A DNA stretch of 64,000 bases, from contig JBKAGP010000001.1 of NCBI GenBank assembly GCA_046290465.1, forward strand, positions 608,001 to 672,000, in the 5' to 3' direction. Source of the stretch: Planctomycetota bacterium. Lineage in GTDB: Bacteria; Planctomycetota; UBA1135; UBA2386. Shown one piece after another: positions 8,736 through 18,700 of this stretch. Under the pieces are notes generated by a model. That model was not told the origin of the DNA and made no database searches. It was given only the letters and a program-made list of their open reading frames with translations. Both the position numbers and the translations under genes were made by a program. Numbering within the stretch: the first letter of the stretch is position 1; every line of letters begins with the position of its first letter.

Positions 8736-9851
8736 TTACTGGCGCTTGCGCCAGGCGGCGAGCAGCTCGGCTTCGCGTTCGGCCGACATCCCGGCGCGCC
8801 AGGGCCCGTCGCCGCGGCCGTCCTGCACCCAGGCGGCGGTGTCGGCGAGCGTCTGGGCGATCGGGCGGAACGTCAGTCCGGCCTGCATCGCGCGCCGGTT
8901 GTCGGCGTAGCCGTTGCGCTTCGCCGGCATCCACGCCGGCATCTGGCCCCACGGCGTCACCTCGTGCTCCTCGAGGAAGGCGTCGTCGACCCACGTGAAC
9001 GAACAGCGGTGGTTGATCGAGCCCTTGCCGGTGTGCAGGAACTCCGCCATCGAGATGCGCGCGTCGAAACCGGTCGCGTTGAACGGACCGTAGCTGCCGT
9101 CCTCGATCAGCTTGACGATCCAGGCACCGAGGTCGCGCACGTCGACGAACTGCGTGAACTGGTCGCGGTCGCCGGGCGCCAGGATCTCGCCGCCGCGCAG
9201 CAAGCGCTTGGGCCAGTAGGTCCAGCGGTCGGTCTTGTCGCCGGGGCCGACGATGTAGCCCGGCCGCACCTTGGTGGTCCGGCCCGGGAACGCCGCTTCG
9301 GCCGCGTCCTCGCCGTAGCGCTTCAGGGCGCCGTAGCGTTCGAAGTTCTTGCCGAGGTCGGTGGTGTACTTGTCCTCGCAGGTCGCCAGCGCCGCGTCCT
9401 CGGTGATCGTGTCGGCGTTCTCGCCGAGCGCCGGGTAGACCGACAGCGAACTGATGAACACGTACTGGCCGACGCGCCCCTGCAGCACCTTGGCGACGTC
9501 CTCGACCTCGCCGGTGAAGTAGGCGCTGGTGTCGACGACGGCGTCCCATTCGCCCCGTTCGAGCGCGCTCAGGTCCTGCGCCGGGTCGCTGCTGCCGGGC
9601 CGCGGCCGGCGGCGCTGGCCCTTGCGCTTGTCGACCTCGGGGAACAGGTGCGGATTGGAGCGGCCGCGGTTGAACAGCGTGAACGTGTGGCCGCGCTCCA
9701 GGCCGGCGCGCACGATGGCCGGGCCGAGCCAGCCGGTGCCGCCGAGCATCAGGATACGCTTGGGCTGGGTGAGGCGGAACGGCACGTAGAGGGCGCCGGC
9801 GGCGGCCGCGGACGTGCCGAGGAACGAGCGACGGGTCATCGGGACGGGCAT
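8736..9851 (-). CDS. NAD-dependent epimerase/dehydratase (atypical SDR) with Tat-like signal; start may be 9839
   Basis: TRRSFLG; LGGTGWLG Rossmann motif; YGALK; RPGYIVGP. Confidence 0.85.
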   Translation of the reverse strand: MPVPMTRRSFLGTSAAAAGALYVPFRLTQPKRILMLGGTGWLGPAIVRAGLERGHTFTLFNRGRSNPHLFPEVDKRKGQRRRPRPGSSDPAQDLSALERGEWDAVVDTSAYFTGEVEDVAKVLQGRVGQYVFISSLSVYPALGENADTITEDAALATCEDKYTTDLGKNFERYGALKRYGEDAAEAAFPGRTTKVRPGYIVGPGDKTDRWTYWPKRLLRGGEILAPGDRDQFTQFVDVRDLGAWIVKLIEDGSYGPFNATGFDARISMAEFLHTGKGSINHRCSFTWVDDAFLEEHEVTPWGQMPAWMPAKRNGYADNRRAMQAGLTFRPIAQTLADTAAWVQDGRGDGPWRAGMSAEREAELLAAWRKRQ

Positions 9852-9955
9852 GGCCGTGATACGTCGCGTCCGGACCGCCGGTGAGAAGGCAATCTCCGCA
9901 ACTCGCGACAGGCTCTGGGTTCGTGGAAAGTTCGCCGTAGAATCCCCGGTCCTCC

Positions 9956-11428
9956 ATGACCGAGCCGAAGTACCACCTGACGAGCTATGGCTGCCAGATG
10001 AACAAGCTGGACAGCGAGCTGGTCGAGACCAAGCTGCAGCAACGCGGTTACGTTCCCGCAGATGCGGAAGCGGACGCCGACGTCGTCCTGATCAACACCT
10101 GCTCGGTGCGCCAGCACGCCGAGGACCGGGTCTGGTCGAAGCTGGGCAAGCTTAGGGTGCGCAAGCGCACCGAACCGGAGCTGGTGGTCGGGGTGCTCGG
10201 CTGCATGGCCCAGGAGCACAAGCGCTACATGCTGTCGCGCATGCCGCACGTCGACCTGGTGGTCGGCCCGTCGGCGTTCGGCGACATCGACGACACGGTC
10301 GAGCAGGCGCGCTCGAAGAACTCCGAGCTGGCCCGGGAGCGCGAGCCGGCCAGGACCCGCCACGACGTCGTCGGGGCCGGCATGCTGAGCGTCGACCATG
10401 GCGTCAGCGGCGACCGCATCACCCGCAACGTCAAGGTCCGGCCGCACCAGAGCCAGGCCTACATGTCGATCATGCGCGGCTGCAACATGCCGTGCAGCTA
10501 CTGCATCGTGCCGACCACGCGCGGCGACGAGATCTCGCGGCCGATCGCGGACCTCGTCGACGAGGCCAACCGGCTGTGCGACGACGGCGTCACCGAGATC
10601 ACGCTGCTCGGCCAGACGGTCAACGCCTACGGCCGCGACCTGAAGGGGCAGAACGCCAACCTGTCGCGGCTCCTGCGCGAGCTGCACGAGATCCCGGCGC
10701 TGCGGCGGCTGGCGTTCATCACCTCGCACCCGAACTTCTTGAGCCCGGACCTGATCGACGCGATGGCCGAGCTGCCGAAGGTCGCGCGCTTCCTGCACCT
10801 GCCGGCGCAGTCGGGCAGCAACGCGGTGCTCAAGGCGATGCGCCGCGGCTACACCGTCGAGCGCTACCGAAAGCGCATCGAGCAGCTGTGGGCCAAGGCT
10901 CCCGACATCGAGCTGCACAGCGACTGGATCGTCGGCTACCCGGGTGAGACCGAGGCCGACTTCGACCAGACGGTGCAGTTCTGCAAGGACATCGGCTTCG
11001 CGCAGAGCTACGTGTTCAAGTACTCGCCGCGCCCGGGCACGCGGTCGAGCGAGCTCGTCGACGACGTGCCGACCGCCGAGAAGGAGCGCCGCAACCAGGT
11101 GCTGCTGGCGGTGCAGGAAGAGCTGACCGCCGCCAAGAACCGCGCGCTGGTCGGCCAGACCGTCGAGGTGCTGGTCGAGGGCGAGAGCAAGGTCGCCGGC
11201 CGGCTGACCGGCCGCACCGCGCAGCACCGGCTGGTGCACTTCGAGAGCGGCGACCGCGAGCTGGTCGGCCAGTACGTGCCGGTGCGCGTCACCGAGGCGC
11301 TGGCGCATTCGTGCGTCGGCGAACTGCAGCCGCACGATGCGGCCCAGCAGAGTGCTGCCGATCAGGGTGCCGCCGATCAGGGTGCGCACGATCGCGACGA
11401 AGCATCGCCGAGCGGGGTCCCTCAGTGA
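9956..11428 (+). CDS. miaB: tRNA-2-methylthio-N6-dimethylallyladenosine synthase
   Basis: GCQMNKLDSE, NTCSVR..AE, GCNMPCSYCIVP radical-SAM motif, C-terminal TRAM domain. Confidence 0.95.
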   Translation: MTEPKYHLTSYGCQMNKLDSELVETKLQQRGYVPADAEADADVVLINTCSVRQHAEDRVWSKLGKLRVRKRTEPELVVGVLGCMAQEHKRYMLSRMPHVDLVVGPSAFGDIDDTVEQARSKNSELAREREPARTRHDVVGAGMLSVDHGVSGDRITRNVKVRPHQSQAYMSIMRGCNMPCSYCIVPTTRGDEISRPIADLVDEANRLCDDGVTEITLLGQTVNAYGRDLKGQNANLSRLLRELHEIPALRRLAFITSHPNFLSPDLIDAMAELPKVARFLHLPAQSGSNAVLKAMRRGYTVERYRKRIEQLWAKAPDIELHSDWIVGYPGETEADFDQTVQFCKDIGFAQSYVFKYSPRPGTRSSELVDDVPTAEKERRNQVLLAVQEELTAAKNRALVGQTVEVLVEGESKVAGRLTGRTAQHRLVHFESGDRELVGQYVPVRVTEALAHSCVGELQPHDAAQQSAADQGAADQGAHDRDEASPSGVPQ

Positions 11429-11441
11429 GCGGGGTGGCCCG

Positions 11442-12554
11442 GTGAGCGGCGAAGACGCGTTGATGCGCGAGGCGCTCGAGCTGGCCGACCGCGGTCGGTT
11501 CGAGGTCGAGCCGAACCCGCGCGTGGGCTGCCTGCTGCTCAGGGACGGCGAGGTGGTCGCGCGCGGCTGGCACGAGTACTTCGGGGGCCGCCACGCCGAG
11601 GCGATGGCACTCGACGAGCTGCGCAGCAAGGGGCTGACCGCCGACACTGCGGTGGTCACGCTCGAGCCGTGCTCGACCGAGAAGGGCGCCGACGGCAAGA
11701 AGACCCCGCCGTGCGCGCAGGCGCTGGTCGCGGCCGGCGTGCAGCGCGTCGTGATCGGCGCCGTCGATCCCGATCCGCGCCACCGGCGCGCCGGCATCGA
11801 CCTGCTCGAGGAGGCCGGCGTCGACGTGCTCGACGGCGTGCTGGCGACGCAGTGCGACGAACTCTACGTGCCGTTCCGCAAGGCGCTGAAGCTCGATCGG
11901 CCGTGGATGCTGTGCAAGTGGGCGATGACCCTCGACGGCAAGACCGCGGCGCCGACCGGCGAGGCGCGCTGGATCAGCGGGCCGGAGGCGCGCAAGAAGA
12001 CCCACGAGCTGCGCGCGCACTGCGATGGCGTGATGGTCGGCTTCCGCACCGCGCAGATCGACGACCCCGAGCTGACCGTTCGCCACGTCGAGGGCGAGCA
12101 GCCGGTGCGCATCGTGATCGATCCGCTGGGCGAGATCGACGACGACAGCAACCTGGTGCGCACCGCGCACGACGCGCCGACCTGGCTGCTGGCCAGCGAG
12201 GACGTCGACCCGGTGCGCAGCGGCCACCTGCAGGACCTCGGCGTGCAGGTGCTGCACATCCCGACGGCCGAGGGGCCGCGCCGCCTGCACCTCGGTCGTG
12301 CCTTCAAGGAGCTGCGCCGCCGCGGCCTGCGCCGCATCCTGGTCGAGGGCGGCGGCGGCCTGGTCGCCCAGATGTTCGCCTGGAACGCCGTCGACCAGGT
12401 GCTCGCCTTCGTCGCCCCGAAGATCATCGGCGGCCAGGGCGCCCCGACCCCGGTCGGCGGCGACGGCCGCCCGTTCATGGCCGAAGCCTGGCAACTCTCC
12501 GACGTTCGCATGCAGACCTACGGCGACGACATGGCCATCGCCGGCTTCGTCTAA
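11442..12554 (+). CDS. ribD: bifunctional riboflavin deaminase/reductase
   Basis: PNPRVG, HAE, LEPC..TPPC, TLDGK, WIS, VEGGG motifs. Confidence 0.95.
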   Translation: MSGEDALMREALELADRGRFEVEPNPRVGCLLLRDGEVVARGWHEYFGGRHAEAMALDELRSKGLTADTAVVTLEPCSTEKGADGKKTPPCAQALVAAGVQRVVIGAVDPDPRHRRAGIDLLEEAGVDVLDGVLATQCDELYVPFRKALKLDRPWMLCKWAMTLDGKTAAPTGEARWISGPEARKKTHELRAHCDGVMVGFRTAQIDDPELTVRHVEGEQPVRIVIDPLGEIDDDSNLVRTAHDAPTWLLASEDVDPVRSGHLQDLGVQVLHIPTAEGPRRLHLGRAFKELRRRGLRRILVEGGGGLVAQMFAWNAVDQVLAFVAPKIIGGQGAPTPVGGDGRPFMAEAWQLSDVRMQTYGDDMAIAGFV

Positions 12555-12565
12555 CCAGAACGACC

Positions 12566-12630
12566 GCCAACCGACCGCATGCGCCGCGAAGCGGCGCAGG
12601 ATGAACCCGGTTCGGTATGCGGTGGTTGGC
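12566..12630. repeat. palindromic REP/MITE-like element, copy 1
   Basis: Inner hairpin tgcgccgc-gaa-gcggcgca; outer stem gccaacc(g)accgcat/atgcggtggttggc; 26 bp identical to 14155-14180. Confidence 0.85.
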
Positions 12631-12683
12631 CTGCAAGGCTGGTCCGGCCCCCAGGGTTGGTTCCCGGAGCAAGGCCTAGGGAC

Positions 12684-14057
12684 TCAATTGCCGATGATGC
12701 CTAGCGCGCCGTTGGATGTGCTGAACCCTGCGGGGGGCAGCAAAGACGCTGCCGTGGCCTGCGCGGCGATCGAACTGCCGATGAGGGCCGCCGACGGCGG
12801 CACCGCAATGGACAAGGTGCTGACCCCGCTGGCCGCGGGCGCGAGCAAGACGTCGATGACGTTCGTGAGGTAGGCGGAGCAGCCCGGCAAACCAGCAAAC
12901 GTCAGGTCGACGCCGCCCGGGATCGCGTTGTCGCCGAACCAGAAGAGGCATGATGGCGACGTCGGTTCGATGAACTGGGCTTGGAAATCCCAGGGGTGGC
13001 CCAGTCGGGGAGTCGTCGCAGCGAGCCGGAGGCCCGGAGCCGCACCGCAGCCGTTGCCGAACGCCACGAGAGATGCATCGTCAGGATCCGGCGCATACTC
13101 CCATGTGGTTCCCAGCCTGCTTCCGTCATAGCCACCGAAGACCACTGCCAGCCTTCGAGCTTCGTCGAATGCGAGCATGATCCGTTCGCGCTGGCCAGGC
13201 GTGGCTGCAGGGATGACCTGTTGCCAGGAGTTGCCATCGAACTCCCAGGTGTCATCGGCATACCCGAAGTTCACGGTTCCGCCGTAGACGATGGTCTTCT
13301 GACGGAACGGGTCGTAGCTCATGCCGTGGGCATAGCGCGGCGGGGGCGACTGGCTCGGCTGTAGTTGGGACCAGGACAGGCCATCCCACGACCAACTCTC
13401 GTTGTGCGAGGTCGCGCCATTGCACGGTGCGGCATCACATCGGCCGCCGTGCAGGAGGATCGCTCCAGCGGAGCGATCGAAGACCATGCCACACTCACTC
13501 GTTGCCGTCGGCGCGGGTCCGGTCGGGTTGCGCAGGGTCCAGTCTTGCCCGTCGTACTCCCAGGTCTCGCGCCAGCTGCCTGGTGAATATCCGCCATAGA
13601 GAACGCACACACCGCGCAACTCGTCATAGGCCATCGACGCGCTGTATCGCGGGTCGGGTGCCGTAGGAGTCGACACCTGAGTCCACGTGGTTCCATCCCA
13701 CTCCCAGGTGTCATTGGACGATGCGTTGGCCGAGGTGTAGCCGCCGAACATCACCACAACCTGACGGGCGGAGTCGTAGCAGATCGCTGGCCGAACTCGG
13801 CCGTCGGGGCCATTCGCCTGCACGTGTTGCGTCCAGTCGGAGCCATCCCACAGCCACGTCTCCGAAGAGTAGATGGATGCGCCGCCGGCGTTGCCGCCGA
13901 ACAGGACGCAGCTTCCGCGCGCCGCGTCGTAGGCCATGCCGTAGACCATGCGCGGTGATGGAGATGTGGCCGGGATTGCCTGGACCCAGGTCGCCTGGGA
14001 GAGCAAGGCAGTGCCGTAGGATGCAGTGACCAGGGCAAAGGCGAGGAAGCGCTTCAT
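12684..14057 (-). CDS. exported Kelch-like protein (TWEWDG repeats), atypical codon usage
   Basis: Signal peptide MKRFLAFALV...LLS-Q; repeats M.YD..R...V.FGG and DTWEWDG; more A/T-ending codons than neighbours. Confidence 0.85.
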   Translation of the reverse strand: MKRFLAFALVTASYGTALLSQATWVQAIPATSPSPRMVYGMAYDAARGSCVLFGGNAGGASIYSSETWLWDGSDWTQHVQANGPDGRVRPAICYDSARQVVVMFGGYTSANASSNDTWEWDGTTWTQVSTPTAPDPRYSASMAYDELRGVCVLYGGYSPGSWRETWEYDGQDWTLRNPTGPAPTATSECGMVFDRSAGAILLHGGRCDAAPCNGATSHNESWSWDGLSWSQLQPSQSPPPRYAHGMSYDPFRQKTIVYGGTVNFGYADDTWEFDGNSWQQVIPAATPGQRERIMLAFDEARRLAVVFGGYDGSRLGTTWEYAPDPDDASLVAFGNGCGAAPGLRLAATTPRLGHPWDFQAQFIEPTSPSCLFWFGDNAIPGGVDLTFAGLPGCSAYLTNVIDVLLAPAASGVSTLSIAVPPSAALIGSSIAAQATAASLLPPAGFSTSNGALGIIGN

Positions 14058-14126
14058 GGCAACCAAGCTAGCACCAGGTTCTCGGCTGCACCAAGCGGTT
14101 GGGAGCCATGCTCCGAGTCTCTTCCG

Positions 14127-14200
14127 AACCACCGCATACCGAACCGGTTCATCCTGCGCCGCGAAGCGGCGCAGGATGAAGCGGGTTCCTTACGCGTGGG
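14127..14200. repeat. palindromic REP/MITE-like element, copy 2
   Basis: Perfect 15-bp stem ttcatcctgcgccgc-gaa-gcggcgcaggatgaa; 14127-14162 is the inverted repeat of 12591-12627 with one indel. Confidence 0.85.
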
Positions 14201-14228
14201 TCGCCCTGCGGCGTCATGCCCTACGGCG

Positions 14229-15479
14229 TCAGCGCTTGGTCGGCCGCGGGGGCAGCCACGGCAGCTTCGGGACCGCGGCGCGGTCGGGGTAGACCTCGGC
14301 GCGGAGCTGGCGGCCGACCAGGGCGTGGTCGCCGCGCAGCGCCTGGAACGAGAAGTGCACGTGGCCGGGCATGACCGCGTCGGCGCGGCGCGTCAGCAGG
14401 ATCTCGTCGCGCAGTTCGGTGGCGCGGATGCGGCCGCCGCCGTCGCGGATCTTGCTGGTGTAGAGGCCGGGCCAGATCGCGCGGCCCTTGCGGTTCTGCG
14501 CGTGCCAGTAGTCCAGCAGCACCGCGAACGCCTGCGGCTTCTGGTCGATCGGCCAGTACAGCTGCGGCGTCAGGTAGTCGCACCAGCCGTTGCGCAGCCA
14601 CTTCGGCACGTCGGCGTAGATGTCGCTGTACTGGTCGAGTCCGGCCTGGATGCCCTTCGGCACGCCCGGCCGCGCGATCCCGAACGGGCTGATGCCGACC
14701 ATCAGCCACGGCTTCTCGTCGTGCACCAGCTGGTAGAGCCGTTCGACGAACGTGTCGATGTTCTGCCGACGCCAGTCGCCGCGCGACAGCTTGCCGCCCT
14801 GCTTGCGATAGGTCTGCCAGCTCGCGTCGTCGGGGAACGGCCGCTTGTTTTCCGGGTACGGATAGAAGTAGTCGTCGATGTGCACGCCGTCGACGTCGTA
14901 GCGGCGCACGACGTCCTGGATCACCGCCAGCGTCCACTTGCGCGCGGTCGGGTGGCCCGGGTCCATCCACGTCCAGCGACCGTACTTCCACGTCAGGTGC
15001 GGCGCGCGTCGGGTGACGTGGGTCTCGTGCGGCGGCGACTTGCTGGCCTTGTGCACGCAGCGGAACGGGTTGAACCAGGCGTGCAGCTGCAAGCCGTTGC
15101 GGTGGCAGCGGTCGACCAGGTAGGCGAGCGGGTCGAAGCCGTCGGCCGGCGCCTTGCCCTGCACGCCGGTCAGCCACTCCGACCACGGCTCCAGCGGCGA
15201 GTCGTAGAACGCGTCGCCGGCCGCGCGCACCTGGAAGATCAGCGCGTTGAGCCGCAGCTCGACGGCACGGTGCACGATCGCGTCGAGTTCGTCGCGCAGC
15301 TGGTCGACCGACAGTCCCTTGCGCGACGGCCAGTCGATGTTGTTGACGGTCGCGACCCACGCGGCGCGAAACTCGGCGGGCGTGCCGCCACGCGCACGGT
15401 CTTGTGCATCGACCGGCAGAGAACATGCGAGCGTCGCGAGCAGGCACGCGAACGGCAACCAGCGAAAGGCTTGGATCAT
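14229..15479 (-). CDS. GHL10-family glycoside hydrolase (YddW/DigH-like)
   Basis: EFRAAWVATVNNIDWPS, LHAWFNPFR, RYDVDGVHIDDYFYP and PQLYW motifs; signal peptide. Confidence 0.9.
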   Translation of the reverse strand: MIQAFRWLPFACLLATLACSLPVDAQDRARGGTPAEFRAAWVATVNNIDWPSRKGLSVDQLRDELDAIVHRAVELRLNALIFQVRAAGDAFYDSPLEPWSEWLTGVQGKAPADGFDPLAYLVDRCHRNGLQLHAWFNPFRCVHKASKSPPHETHVTRRAPHLTWKYGRWTWMDPGHPTARKWTLAVIQDVVRRYDVDGVHIDDYFYPYPENKRPFPDDASWQTYRKQGGKLSRGDWRRQNIDTFVERLYQLVHDEKPWLMVGISPFGIARPGVPKGIQAGLDQYSDIYADVPKWLRNGWCDYLTPQLYWPIDQKPQAFAVLLDYWHAQNRKGRAIWPGLYTSKIRDGGGRIRATELRDEILLTRRADAVMPGHVHFSFQALRGDHALVGRQLRAEVYPDRAAVPKLPWLPPRPTKR

Positions 15480-15702
15480 CGGCAAACAGCACCCCCGTAG
15501 CTCCCGTATCATGCCGGGTTCGACGCCGGTGTCCCACCTCGCTCTGCTCGAAGCGGCTGGCGGTGGGGTGTTGGCGGTTCGGGCCAACTTTCCTGCCGTC
15601 CTCGGCGACCTCGCAGACGGGATGCAGCGACGTCGCGTGCGAGCTACGTTGCATCCTTCCCGGCCGCGAATCTTCTCGGCCCGGACCGATACCCACGCCC
15701 AC

Positions 15703-18700
15703 ATGTCCGCCCCTCGCTCCCTGTTGTTCGTCGCGCTCGGCGCGTCGCTCGCCGTCGCCCAGAACGGCCGTCGCCCCGAGGACTTCCAGATCGCGATCGG
15801 CATGCAGAACCGCGGCCTGCACGAGGAGGCGGTGCGCTACCTGAGCAAGTTCGTGCGCGAGAACGGCCAGCACCAGCTCGTGCCCGAGGCCTACTACCGG
15901 CTGGCGCAGTCGCAGATCGAGCGCAAGCAGACCGACGCCGCCATCGACGCGCTGAAGAAGGCGCTGCAGCGCGGTGGCGCCAGGTTCGAGCTGCTGCCGG
16001 AGGCGCGCTACCGACTCGGCGGCCTGCTGCAGGAGAAGGGCGACCAGCAGGGGGCGCAGCAGCAGTTCGCGGCGCTGGCGGGCGGCGTCGCCGACGACCA
16101 CTACCTCGCAGCGGCGGCGAGCTACGCGCTCGGCGAGACGTTGCGCGACCTCGACCGCGACGCGCCGGCGGCCGAGGCGTTCGGCAAGGCGGCCGCGCTG
16201 GCCGACGGTGAGCAGCGCGGCTTCCGATTTCCGTCGCTGTACCAGCAAGGCTTCGCCTACCTGCGCCTCAACCAGTTCGATCCGGCCGCCAAGGCGTTCG
16301 CCCGGGCGTGCGACGTCGCGCCGGACCAGGCGGCCAAGGGCGAGTGCAGCTACCTGGTCGGCGACGCGCGGCTGCGGCTCGAGCAGTACGTACCCGCGCG
16401 ACAGGCGTTCGAGGCGGCGCGCAAGGTCGGCGGCGAGTTCGCCGACGACGCGCAGTTCGGCCTCGGCTGGGTCGCGCTCGGCAGCGACGATCGCGACGGC
16501 GCGCTGCGCGCGTTCGGGCGGCTGATCGAGCGCCACCCGGATTCTCCGTTCGTCGCCAATGCACGGCTCGAACGGGCGCGCTGCTACTACCAGGCGCAGC
16601 AGTTCGACCGGGCCGGCAACGAACTGCGGCCGCTGCTGGCCGAGGCCGGTCCGCTGCAGCAGGAGGCGCGCGAACTCGAAGGCCTGTGTGCGCTGGCCAG
16701 CGGCAAGGGCCAGGCGGCGGTGCAGACGCTGGAGCAAGCGCTCGCCGCGGCTAGCGACGAGGACAAGCCGCGGCTGTCGTTCGCGCTCGGTGAGGCGTTG
16801 TCCAACCTCGAGCAATGGGGCGATGCGCTGCGGGCCTACCGCGCGGTGCCGGCGTCGGTCGGCGCAGACCTCTACGGCGACGCGCTCTACGGCGCCTGCC
16901 ACGCGCTGCACGAACTCGGTCGCAACCAGGAGTCGATCCAGTGCGCCGACGCGGTCCTGCAGCTCGAGCCGGCGCACCGTTCGCGGGTGCTGGCGCAGCT
17001 GGCGATCGCCGAGAACCGCTTCGCGCTGCGCGAGTTCGCCGCCGCCGAGCAGGTCTACCAGCAGCTGGAGAAGGTCGACGCGCACCGCCGCACGGCGCGC
17101 TGGAAGCTGTCGTGGTGCCGCTACCTGCAGGGGGACAAGCAGGGCGCGGCCGAGCGCTTCGGTGCGGTCGCCAAGGACCGTGAGGACGGCAACGCCGAGG
17201 AGGCGATGGCGATGCAGGCGCTGGCGCTCTACGAGAGCGGCGCCCAGGACCCGGCGCTGCAGGTCGCCGACCGCTACCGCGCGCGCTACCAGCAGGGCCG
17301 CTTCCTGGCGCGCACCGAGCGGATCGCGGCGCGCGTGCTGCGCCAGCGCGGCGACCTCGGCGCGGCCCAGCGCCGGCTCGAGCGCGCCGCCGCGATCGCG
17401 CGGCAGCAGGGCGGTGACGAGGCCGGCAGCGCCGACGTCGCCGAGCAGGCCGACCTCGCCTACCAGCAGGGCGACTACGAGGCCGCCGACCAGCTGTTCG
17501 CGCAGCTGACGTCGCGCGACGACGCGACCGGCGCGCGCGCGCTGGCGGGGCGCGCGTGGTGTGCGTTCGAGCTGGGCAACGACGCGCCGTGCCTGCAGGC
17601 GCTGCAGGCAGCCCGGCAACACCCGGCGGCCAAGGACGAGCTGGCCGGGTTGCTCGAGCTGGAGTCGGCGGTGCGCCACCGGCGGCAGGAGTGGCCAGAG
17701 GCGATCCAGGCGGCGCGCACGTTCTTGCAGAACCACGGCAAGCACCCGAAGGCGCCGATGCTGCGCTATGCGCTCGGCGTCGCGCTGGCGCGCAACGGCG
17801 ACCAGAAGGGCGCGCAGCAGGTGCTCGCCGCGCTGGCCGCCGACGGCGGCTACAACGAGCCCGATCGCGTCGTCTACGAACTCGCGTGGGCGCTGCGGCG
17901 CGGCGGCGACGAACGCGCGGCGCTGCAGCAGTTCGGCAAGGTCACGGCGATGACCGAGGACGTCGAGCTGGCCGGCGAGTCGCGGCTGTTCGTCGGCACC
18001 GACCTGCTGGCGCAACAGCCACCGAAGCTCGCAGCCGCGCGCAAGGTGCTCGAGCAGGTGCAGGGCAGCCACCGCAAGCAGGCGCTCTACCGGCTCGGCT
18101 TCGCCGAGTTCGAGGCCGCGACCGCTGAGGCCGCGATCGCTGAGGATGGCGCGCCGGTCGATCGCAAGCTGCTCGGTGCAGCGCGCGACCACTTCACCGA
18201 GATCGTCGGCATCGAGGGCGAGGAGCTGCGCCACGAAGCGCTCTACCTCGGCGCCGAGTCGTGCCGACGGCTCGGCGATGCCGAGGGCGCGCTGCAGCGC
18301 GCGCAGCTGCTGCTGCGGGAGGCCAACCAGCACGCGCGCGCGCCGCGGGCGCGGTTGGTGGTCGGCGAGTGCGCCCTGCTTGCCGAACGGCCCGACGACG
18401 CGATCGCGCCGTTGGAGCGGTTCCTGCGCGAGCACGACGCCGCCGCGGACGAGGTCGCGCGCGCCGACGCGGCGCGCGCCAACCTGTGGCTCGGCAAGGC
18501 CCGGCTGCAGCGGCGCCAGCACGAGCAGGCCGAGCGCTGCTTCCAGCTGGTGACCGGCCTCAGCGACGGCGCGCTCGCGGCCGAGGCGCAGTTCCGGCTC
18601 GGCGAGAGCCGCGCGCTGCGCAACGACCTCAACGGCGCGGCCGACGCGTTCGTCAAGATCCCGATCCTCTATGCCGACGCCGAGTGGGTGCGTAAGGGCC

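Noticed and set aside
11347..11392. 15-bp repeat at the miaB 3' end and the ORF-track ribD start at 11337
   Set aside because: Low-complexity tail of MiaB; ribD homology begins at GTG 11442
12565..12631. Canonical integron attC site
   Set aside because: Core sites only partly match RYYYAAC/GTTRRRY, no clear L boxes or unpaired central spacer, and no integrase nearby; kept only as an alternative reading
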